18,195 bases of DNA from Vitrella brassicaformis CCMP3155 (Eukaryota; Protista; Chromerida), in NCBI GenBank assembly GCA_001179505.1, contig CDMY01000811.1, positions 1-18,195 of the forward strand, given 5' to 3'. A model generated the notes under the pieces. The model had not been told where the DNA came from. It did not search any database and worked only from the letters and a program-made list of their open reading frames with translations. How positions within the stretch are numbered: the stretch's first letter is position 1; the number at the start of each line of letters is the position of its first letter. Both the position numbers and the translations under genes were made by a program. This document shows positions 9,250 through 18,195 of the stretch, piece by piece.

Positions 9250-9605
9250 ATGCCACGAGTCACAAACCTTCAGGCCCCTGTTCAGCATCGGAAGCAGCCT
9301 GAGGCTGCTTACTCGAGGGGCTTAGGGTTCAGAGAGGCAGATGAGTTGGGAAAGGCCGTCAACCTCCTTATCAGTCGAGCAGCGAGGGTCGTCACATGCT
9401 TGGTCGACTCGCTTATCGCGCTGCTGGTCATCGTGCTTCACCTCGGTGGCGCAAGGGTCGACAGTGACAATCCAATCACATTAGGCGACCTCATCTCCCT
9501 TCCTGTGGGCCTGCTGTATGCCGTGCTTGGCATTATTGGTGAGCCTGAGTGAAGGAGGGCCGGGAGACTAGCCGGGCTAGCATCTGTACCTGTACGCACA
9601 TCTGT

Positions 9606-9639
<34 letters not shown>

Positions 9640-10860
9640 GTGTGTATATGTGGATTCAAATTCGAATACGTACACACAGGGATGTGTGTGAACTATTGCT
9701 TGTGTAACAAACAGGTGGGCCGTGGACGTGGATGTGCATGGTCAAGACTTTGTTGGAGCCTGGCGTGATAGATGGGCTGGTGTGCGTGTTTGAGACGCTG
9801 GTGCCAGCAGTGCCGTGTGATCCGCCGAATTGGTGCCGTCAATACTTTGGTGACTTCATCACGCGGCTGCTGTTTCGAGAGAGCAGCATGACGAAACCCG
9901 TCCCGGCGGAAAATGATCGGTAAGACACCGAGAGACAGACGAGACAGACGAGAGAAGACGGACAGACATTGGGGGAAGGCAGCAAGTAGCTCATCATCGC
10001 CTCTTCGTTGGACTGTCTGTCTGTGAAGTCATCCGGATGAAGCGTGGATATACGTCAACGGAGTGGGGACTGGAATGCCCATCGCTGTGGAGAATGCCAA
10101 GCGGCTCGTAGAGTTGTTTGGACGCTCTATCACTGTTGTTCACAATCCTACTGACTCCTTCATCGTGGACCTCCTGGAATGCGTCGCAGGGAAGCTCAAG
10201 CTGATGTGGTGAGAGGGAAGAGGGGAAGCGGAGGATAGGGTGGATGAAATCTTTGGACGGGTATTATTGGTTGTGTGCACTGCTGGTGTGTGCGGATGTG
10301 TTTGTAAGGTGGTGGAAGGTGGAGCCGGTAGGGGTTGTTTTGAGGACGGTGGAACAGGCATTTGACCAAGGCAAGACGAAGGTGGTCCTCATTGGGCACT
10401 CTCAGGGCACCATCATAGTCAACAACGTCCTGGATCGAATCGCACGCAAGCACATCAACTCTCCACCCGACTTGAAAGCACAGAAGAAGCTCGAAGTAAG
10501 AACAAGGCAAGGAAGGGGAGAGGGCCCGATTCTCTCACCATCATGCCGTATTCATGTGCTGTTAAGGTCTACTTGTTCGCCGACTGCGCCCATCACATCG
10601 ACACTGCCTCTTTGGAGCAGCACAGTATCTGCGTCGAGAGCCTCTGCAACAGCTACGACACAGTGGCGCTGCTGGGAGGTACCTATCCCAGGCCTGAGAC
10701 GTGGCGAGACGTCACGGAAGAGCAGCGCGTCGTCAACAAACGTGTGAGGGTGGTAGTGCAGGATGGGAAGGGGGGACATTTGCTGAACACGCACTATCTG
10801 GAAAACTTTGCGAACGAATACAAAGGGTCGCACTTGCACCAGTATCTGGTGAATCCGTAG
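9250..10860 (+). CDS. Uncharacterised alpha/beta-hydrolase-fold protein, 5 exons, ~384 aa
   Basis: join(9250-9538, 9715-9919, 10029-10208, 10309-10495, 10567-10860) = 1155 nt. All introns are GT-AG with consistent phases. Motifs: WIYVNGV, VHNPTDSFIVDLLEC, LIGHSQG (GxSxG), KLEVYLF, NSYDTV, GHLLNTHYL, plus two hydrophobic N-terminal segments. The start codon is uncertain because the frame is open further upstream. Confidence 0.88.
9609..9636. repeat. (CA)n microsatellite in intron 1 of the hydrolase gene
   Basis: Read directly from the sequence. Confidence 0.95.
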
Positions 10861-12829
10861 AGCAGGGACTCGTCAATTTTATTGAAGGAGGGAGGGGAGG
10901 GGTGGCTCACGTTTATTTGTGTTTTATTGAAGAAGGGAGGGGAGGGGAGAATCAGATTTATTTATAGGTGTGGGGAGAGGTACCGTATTGTGCTCTCTTT
11001 TTTGTCTTGCCTTGGTACGTGGAGTTTTCTGGTAACGGTGTATTAGTGAGGGCCCTTCACTTTAGATACACAGTATGTCAGTTTTGGATATATATGTCAA
11101 TCTTAGATGGAGAGTCGGCTGCTGGAGATCGTCTTCAGCATTGTTAGACATCGTAAATGCTAGAGATGTGTATGTGTGGCATCATGGCAGGTAAGAGGGA
11201 GGAGGGAGGAGGAGGTGCTGTGTGTCTATTACAGCAGGACGTACGTACGCTCCTGGCCTTTCTAGGTGCAGAGGACACTGCTGTAGTAGCTCGAATCGAC
11301 TGAGAGATGGGAAGGAAAGGAGGGAAGGTGAGTCAAGGCATGGGTATGTACGAATTCATGTTTACATACAGTGTATCGTCGTCAGATGCTAGTGACTGCC
11401 TCTCGTCGACGGATGGGAGCGTGGGGAGGGCAAGGGGAGGAGGGTGTGTAAAGGAAAGAATTCGAACATGGCAATGTATTCTTAGTGCGTTGGTCGTAGC
11501 GGTTGGCGATATTTTCTGTCAGGATGTATGTACGTTCCTGGCATTTCCATACATACACATACATGCCATCAGGGGGCACTTAAGTCGTTATCATGCGGGA
11601 GGGGATGCGAGTCAGAGATTATATGGATGTACGTGTAGACAAGTACTTGGATGGACATGTGGCAGTATTTTTCCTTCAATGACTTACACTCACGCAATAT
11701 TTGAACTGAAGGACGACTCTTATCGAAGTCTCATGAACCACGGAATATATATAGGGCCAAAACACTACAGCCTTGCCCGTCTAAGGCATCATCATGTGGG
11801 TCTGACGACGTCAGCCAGTGATGGATGCTCGCCACATAACTCTCACTCTAGCAAACAAATATCACCGACACCCATGAAGGGCTTGGAGTGCTCCTGCAAC
11901 ACGCAAAGGAGAGAGATGGACCTCTTGTGCAAGCTACCACCTCGCTATTGCAGGCGGAGGTTAGTGCAGCCGGACGCTCGTCGCTGCCTCGTCCCTGTGA
12001 CTTCGCATGGAAGGGAGTGGGAAGAGAGGGCTGACAGGAAGGGAAGAACACACGGGTACCTGAGTGCCAAGGACACACAGTAAACAACTGCACCACACCA
12101 ACAGTCAGAGAAAGAGAGAGGGGGATGCAGGAATGTCCAAACAGCCCCTCTGTGTCGTGCTGAGCCCTGTCGGGAAGCGGTCAGCGAAGGGACAGAGGCG
12201 AAGATGCCTGAACCAACAGAGAGAATACAGCCCAAGGGGGATGAATAACACTATCCCCATGTCTGGCGTACTGGTGCGGCCTCATCTGGACTCCGTACCT
12301 CAGTACCGTGGCGCCCATTCGGAGGTCTCGAGGTGACCGATAACTCGAGAGATGTACCTCAGCCAGACCCTTGATACCTGTGGGGGAACAATAGACCACA
12401 CATTGCCAAGATGGACGAGCGGACTTTCGGTATACCTGAAATTGATGGACGACATGCTCTGACGTGAGGCCTTGTCAAGGACAACGAGAGGGCCAGGAGA
12501 GGAGCTTGATATGGACGGAAACCCCTTGCGGCTATGGCTGGGTCAGCCGTTTGATAGACGAGGACAAGGTAACCTGAGCAGCCGGGACAGGGAAGAATGG
12601 GCACCTGCATCTTCCCCGGAGCTCTCTACCTACCTGGACAGTTGGCATTGGGTGCAGGGGCACCACCGAGGCGACACCGTCGGATAGCGGTGCGCCGAGG
12701 ACGTTTTTCATCGCTTTTTGAGGATGCCGATCTGTAGACTAATGGATCTGGCACATTTCTGCCGAGTGGGAAAGCCAGAGGATGGCTGAAGGGGAAGTGT
12801 GAAGCGGTGTGTCCTAGGGGCAACTTGGC

Positions 12830-13400
12830 GTAAAACCCACGATAAGACCTGCTGCACGCGGTGTGAATGCACCACTGTAAAGTGAAGTAAGATCGGGCGG
12901 AAAAAATATGGGCACCCCTCTACCTATCTCCCCTTCCAAAACATTGCGGTGCGGTGCGACACAGATTGAAGCTATTAACAGAAGCTCGAAAGACACCCTC
13001 AGCAAACCGTGCCCTTTCTTGCCCATTCCATCGACTTGCCCACCACGACCTGTAGTTGTGTGCCGGCGTGTGGAAAGACACATTTTTCATCCCTGATGTC
13101 ATCAGTGAGAATGAATGCTAGCGAGAACCGTTCTGACCGACCTGAGAATGCACTATCTCCCTCGTTTTTGACGATCCATCCTCAATCTGGTCAATTCAAT
13201 GCGTTGGATATGAATGCCGTAAGTAAGCGATAGAGACGCTTCCCATGACGAACGACAGTCTCATTCATGTTGTAGGTCCATCGGTAAGGATGCTTGCGGA
13301 GCAGCTCATCTAGCACGAGGACGCAAAAGGAGAACCTGCCGATGTTGTAGCGTCTAGCTGTCGCAAAGGGGGTCATAATCTGTCTGAGCTCCGAATACAT
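12830..13400 (-). pseudogene. Possible highly decayed pogo/Fot1/Tigger-type DDE transposase remnant
   Basis: VLDELLRKHPYRWTYNMNET (13257-13310) resembles L.ELL.K....IYNMDET. IFFPPDLTS followed by frameshifted LQ.C...SYRGFY (~12830-12910) resembles LPPNTTSLLQP.D...Y. Many stops; no TIRs found. Confidence 0.35.
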
Positions 13401-13473
13401 TATTAATCCAGGTAAGAGAGTGAAGACATCAGTTATGCCTTAGTGTCACTTACCCACACGCAACCACATGCAA

Positions 13474-14187
13474 TGCATCTGTGTGGGAAGGTCGACCCAT
13501 TCGGCGACCACGACTTTCTAGGCCACAGGAGCGGCCAGCGAAGTGTGAGACACAACAGCATGCGCAACCTTTTCTGCTGCATCCTGGCTGAGTCGGATGT
13601 CGCTGCACACATGGAGGTCTACCTGCAGAATCTCGACGTCACCCCACCAGACAACGACCCCAACAGCCAGCGTATGGACATCTACTGTGCAATCGGAGGC
13701 CAGGGATCCCTTCTGGATGTCACCATCACCCACCCCTGCCCACCAGACGCCTCTCCCTTCTGCTCTCACAGAGACGTGAGCCGGCGCAGTGCTCAGCTTT
13801 TGGGTTGGAAGGTCTTTGCCGAAAAAGCCAAGACGACAAGTACGGCCCCACTCTCTAAGCCAGAGGCTTCCGTTCTGTCCCCTTTGCTGCAGAGACATTC
13901 AGCAGCTGGGCGCCCGCGATGCTTGCCTTCCTCAAGACGCTCGCCAAGAGGAGACCCGCCCTTCGACCATCCCAGCATCCGAAGACGTATCTTCCCGAAA
14001 GAGCGTCATCAATCATTGGAGCCAGCTTCTGTCCATGGAGCTGAGGAAGTACAATGCACTCCAAGTGGCCAACCGCTTTGAGAGAGCCGTAGCCGCGAGG
14101 GGACCTGCTAGGGCCAGTGCCTTTGCGGAGGACTTCATCAGCCGAGGCCCTTACAGGCTTCACACGAGGCCCCTCTTCCGTGCGTGA
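13474..14187 (+). mobile_element. 3' fragment of a non-LTR retrotransposon with zinc knuckle and restriction-like endonuclease (CRE/NeSL/R2-type), decayed
   Basis: C-I-C..VDPFGDH (degenerate CCHC), RHN (13548-13556), RMD (13671), LLDVTITHP (13716), AEKAK..KY, then VPFAAETFSSW..AMLAFLKTL and WSQLLSMELRKYNA. Frameshifts at ~13483, ~13835 and ~13965; TAA at 13856-13858. Confidence 0.82.
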
Positions 14188-14685
14188 ATATGTCTAGCAC
14201 TCTATGCCGTTGAGCATGCAGTTGCATGGACCGTGCTTTTATGTATGCCGGCTTTGCATGGTTGCTTCCCTGTTACGCGCTGCCTGTGATTATGCATCTG
14301 CTGCGGCATGCCCTTCTATGAAACTCAAGACGATCACTCGTTGCCCCTCGTTTACCGAAAGATCTCATGGAAGTCGAGTGTCTGTCAGTTATTGCATGAA
14401 ATGGCCTGGTAGTATGCAGGAATTCTTAGTGTCTCGCTATGAATTGCTCAGCGTTGCATCACTTTTGCGTGAAATGCAATATGTGGAAGCGAGGGAGCCA
14501 TCAAGTTGACTTGAGTTGATGGCGACACTAGTGGATGTCTGATGCGCTGTAAAAAGACAAAAGCCTCGTATTGAAATATCATACTTATACGATGAGTCAA
14601 GTAATGAGTTCATCGACATAAACCACATCCATGTTCGTTCACTCACTATGCCCTCCGAGAGTAGTGTTCTGTAAAACCACTACTA

Positions 14686-16230
14686 TCACTCAAAGTTCGG
14701 ACCGATTTGCATGCTCCAGAGTTTATTCAGCTTGTACGTATCCGTCAGAAGCTCAGTCCCTAGCACTATCGTGCCCGCGTAGTCTCTTGGCACCATAAAC
14801 GTGACCTCCGAATGAAAAGAATCGTCCTTACAGAAAGCTTCCCGAAACGCGTCAAAACGTTTGTCATCCGGTATCCATATATCGTTGTTTCGGTGGCCAC
14901 TCGGTCGTTCGGTAGTATCAATGATCACATTGGCGACTGCTCCTGGAGGAGTGACGTTGATTAGACATAATGGTTCGATCTCTGGGCTCGTATATAGAAA
15001 CGCACCATGTGGAGCTCTTGAATCCCTTCCCTTCTCGATCACCTCAAATGCATAAAATGTGTATGACATCGTCGGCTGACCCCATCACTCCTTATAATCC
15101 CGTCTCAAATACTCAAGACACTTCTGATAAATAACCCAGCTGCTCAAGTTGCCAGGCAGAAGAACGCCCTTAATGCCTCGGAATGAGTCAAATGCGCGTA
15201 GTGGTAAACGAGATATAAGGCCTCGGCCAGCCTTGGGGATGTTCGAGTCAATGACCTGAAGGTGTTGCTCCCTGAGGTCCTTGACAGCCCGTTCGTAATA
15301 TGCTGGGCATTCTTCGAGGACCTTGGATGCCCCGACGTCGTCAGGTAGCTCAGTTGTAGTCTTCCATGCAGCGACATACTGGTGATCGTCTTGCCTTGCA
15401 CCCCCGGCATTGTCGCATGCGACTGGCTGGGCGTCTTCATAAGCCTTCTTCGTGCGGTCAGTGATTTCGCTATTCTTGCTGTGCTGCGTAGTCCGATACT
15501 TGTTCTCCATGAATTCATCGGTACGTTACACGAACTCATGCGTCGGATCCAGCTGCTTCAGGGCGTTATACTTACGGCGACTTGATTCCTCCAAGGCATC
15601 TACAAATATCTTCCGCTTGAGGCTGCTGATCACTGTCCCCTTGGCACGGCCAAGAGTGTAGTCGTTGGGGTTCGTCGCTTGGGTAGTCTTTTTGATGACG
15701 CCCTCTCGTGGCGCACGAGGCTCTTTGACAGCTCGAAAGGTATGCTCATCCCTCCTCTTCTCTTCCTTCTTCTCGTGCATCATCTGACTCCATTCTTGCA
15801 ATCGGAGTCGCTCTGTTTTCTCTTCTTCGCCCGCCGACTCATTAGAGGTCCGCCTCATGCACCTGGCGAGCTGTTCGTGAGGTATGGAGACGAACGCTAT
15901 TGGTTGACACAACCAGGGCGTGGCGTCGTCGCTTCTTCGCCATCCGATGCCAGGTAGAGGCTCTGTGCGGTTGTTGCAGCCGCAGGAACCAAGATTCGAA
16001 GACTGGTAGGAGAAAAGCGTAAGAACCTCGCCATAATGTCTCTTCAGGCGTCTAAGAGCTAGGAGAGCCACATGAGCACAGTCGATGGGACCCCACGCGA
16101 ACGCGTGTCGACGAATTGTTGCGAGGAGGGAGGGGCCTCCGAGTAATGGGAGGCGATCGGCCAGGCGGACAGCATACGGAAATGGCGGGCAACAAATATA
16201 CACACTTTGTGGAGAGTGATTTTTGGTCAT
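14686..16230 (-). pseudogene. Intronless ~515-codon frame with two internal stops, ending in a divergent SET-like domain
   Basis: The three listed ORFs (15526-16656, 15085-15510, 14686-15069) share one frame and are separated only by TAA (15526-15528) and TGA (15085-15087). SET-like motifs: LQVIDSNIPKAGRGLIS, LCLIN..PGAVANV and IVLGTELLTDTY. The frame terminates in TGA-TAG-TAG. Confidence 0.6.
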
Positions 16231-16424
16231 CTTGAGGTTGAGTACGTATCTCAGAAGGGCCGGACAAGAGGGAGACGCCAGAGGCTGGCGTAGAAGCCAC
16301 CTGTGGTGCACAGAAACTCGGTTTGCTGCAAGCTTATCGTTCTGTTTGCTGAGTGTATGCGGGGATTGTTGCCGAATAGGAAGGCTACAATTACGAAGAC
16401 TTTGACGAGAGGAGCGATGTAAAT

Positions 16425-16453
16425 CCCCCCCCCTTTGAAGGGGGGGGGGGGGG
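16425..16453. repeat. C9-TTTGAA-G14 inverted homopolymer
   Basis: Read directly from the sequence; can fold into a ~10-11 bp GC stem. Confidence 0.85.
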
Positions 16454-16877
16454 CGGTTAAAGGGCAGACGTGTAGGTATTCGAGGCAGAGAGATGATGTA
16501 TAGGAAGATGAGTGCATTTGGGTAGGATGACAGGCATTGGCGGCGGTGGAGAGGGAGCTTCGGAAGAAAGGGAGACTGCGCGCTATGCGGGGGCGTATCA
16601 TACGGGCGTCTTCTCTGAGGACTGAATGAGGCCTTTATCTGTGGTTCGGTGACCATTGTCGTCTCGTGTGCACGACTTGTGGCTTGACGAACTGATGGAT
16701 ATGCTCAGTCGCCCGTCAAAATACGCCAGAAGATAAAGAGAATAGCTCAGCTTCTCATTCATTTCGCATCGTGAAGGCACGTTCGACCTGCGTCTGCATC
16801 TGCGTAGGCTACAGATTTACAGAGCAATTACGTATGAGTATCTTTGCACTGATTGATTTGTCGTATTGCGTTCGCAG

Positions 16878-17654
16878 GATATCGACATCTCTGCGCTAAG
16901 CCTGTTGACGAGCAAGTGCATTCTCTGCAGCAGCTCAGGAATGAGGCCATCACAGCCGCGGAGAATATGTACGAGATGAAAGGGGAGATGGCCAAAGCGC
17001 ATGGGAGCTTCAATATCTTCGTCAGGGACTGTTCCATACACAGTGAGAGAAAACATAGACTGTTTTGTCTGATTGTCTGATTGTTTATTGTGTGTGTCTG
17101 TTTGTCTGTGAGTCCTAAAGGAAGTGCGGTATCTCTGAACGTTGGGGGGGGGGGAGGCGGTGTGGGCTGTCAAGGCGAAGCTGCAGCACAAAGAGGGCAT
17201 CCCCGCCAACAAAACAGACTCTGCCCACCAATCGACAAAAATGGACAACAACCGCACACTGGCTGCCTACAATGTTCGGAAAGAGGCAACTCTGCATCTG
17301 TACTTTCCGTGAGGACAGAACAATGCAAACAATCGATATCATATCCGATCGTGCATCCTGGCTGTTGGTGCATGTCTTGCAGTGTCCGTGCGGGTACTTT
17401 TCATGCCCAGTGGCCGTCATGATTTCGAAGCAAGCACCGATGTGTCGGTCAACCAGCTGTCGATGCTAACAAGTATGGATGAAAATGGTGCCACGCTGGT
17501 CGAAGCCTAGGATGGTAAGGAAAAGGTGCTCAAGCTGATCGGTGAGGTGACAGAGGCCTTTGAAAACATGACAATGCTCATCAATATCCTACTCACCAAG
17601 ACGGCGGGGGACATGAAAGGAAAACCAACAAGATATCCTAGGACACGCTATTAA
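16878..17654 (+). pseudogene. Spliced ubiquitin-like-domain gene, frameshifted and with a nonsense codon
   Basis: Exons ~16878-17042, 17121-17308 and 17383-17654. FNIFVRD..|SAVSLNV-(G-run)-AVWAVKAKLQHKEGIPANK...MDNNRTLAAYNVRKEATLHLYFP|VRAG aligns residue for residue with ubiquitin QIFVK..[46 protein letters not shown]. Frameshifts at G11 (17144-17154) and CCC (17406-17408); TAG at 17508-17510. Confidence 0.8.
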
Positions 17655-18062
17655 CCCCTCCCGGTCGGTCGGTTTTTACCTGTCCTCTCCCCTCTCTCCG
17701 AAAACCTGTCGGTTTCGGTGCTCTCATTAGGTAGGACCTAAGAGGATTTACTTGGGAAACACACAGAAAAGAGAGAGACACCGACCGAACACAGGGTTTT
17801 CTTATGTGTATCTCCTATTTTAAGTCAAGAGACGCCATTTATGGTTACTGCGTGGCGGAAATAGGGACATTTCTTCTAATCTAGCCAGCAGGTAGCCTGA
17901 AACAGTCAAAAAAACACATCATTCAACCAATCGGTGTCGGTTTTTGGTGCGGTTATAGGGGAGGATGACCGCAATAAGCCGTGTCGGTTCGGTGGAGGCT
18001 TTCCTTAGGATGGTCGGTCAGAAGAAAAGAATCGGCCCAAATCGGTCGGTTCGTTGGGTAGG
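17651..18062. mobile_element. Possible DNA-transposon end: TTAA|CCCCTCCCGG followed by dispersed TCGGTCGG/ACCGACCGA motifs
   Basis: TTAA at 17651-17654 followed by CCC resembles a piggyBac left end. At least 7 gtcggt-type motifs occur in both orientations over 400 bp. No matching right TIR is in the window. Confidence 0.3.
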
Positions 18063-18195
18063 ACATTTCATTCTATGTCCCCCGCCGTTCACCAAGCTCC
18101 GCCAAACCTGACCATACAAAATACAAGCAGACAAGACAGCAACACAACCCTCTCACTGCATACACAAGCCTGCATCATGTGTATGTACGTGTGTG

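Noticed and set aside
11307-12083. 258-aa ORF; HAIFELKDDSYRSLMNHGIYIG vaguely resembles the pre-knuckle region of LINE ORF1 proteins
   Set aside because: No CCHC knuckle follows and the rest reads as non-coding. A profile search would be needed to support it.
12100-12800. Short overlapping ORFs with patches of protein-like sequence
   Set aside because: No consistent frame or family motif could be recognised.
16425-16470. Hairpin as a Helitron 3' terminus
   Set aside because: No CTRR follows at the expected distance on either strand.
16231-16656. 5' extension of the 376-aa minus-strand ORF
   Set aside because: It is Pro/Arg/Ser-rich and crosses the C9/G14 homopolymers, so it is probably non-coding open frame upstream of the ATG at 16230.
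4699-17510. A general alternative genetic code explaining the internal stops
   Set aside because: TAG (10858-10860) and TGA (2973-2975) terminate proteins at expected ends, and most affected frames also carry frameshifts, which points to decay.

Overview
This is eukaryotic, intron-rich, microsatellite-laden draft-assembly DNA. It is probably the chromerid alveolate Vitrella brassicaformis, inferred from a recalled lineage-expanded protein family at 45-915 and not verified. There are two placeholder gaps of exactly 300 N. From left to right: (1) a disrupted spliced gene fragment whose 3' part and adjacent LTR junction are repeated on both sides of the first gap; (2) a near full-length Ty1/copia LTR retrotransposon on the minus strand (2408-8440) with ~280-bp LTRs, a PPT and a candidate PBS. 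Its gag-PR-IN-RT-RH frame has one nonsense codon and one frameshift, its Gag lacks a CCHC knuckle, and there is no clean TSD. (3) One apparently intact 5-exon alpha/beta-hydrolase gene with GHSQG (9250-10860). (4) A cluster of decayed sequences: a possible pogo-type DDE remnant, the 3' end of a restriction-like-endonuclease (RLE) non-LTR retrotransposon, an intronless ~515-codon frame with two internal stops ending in a divergent SET-like domain, a ubiquitin-like pseudogene, and a TTAA-CCCC junction followed by dispersed TCGGTCGG repeats. The SET-like frame, which has a possible upstream CPPF amino-methyltransferase motif, is the most novel-looking item. All family calls come from manual motif recognition; no searches were run.
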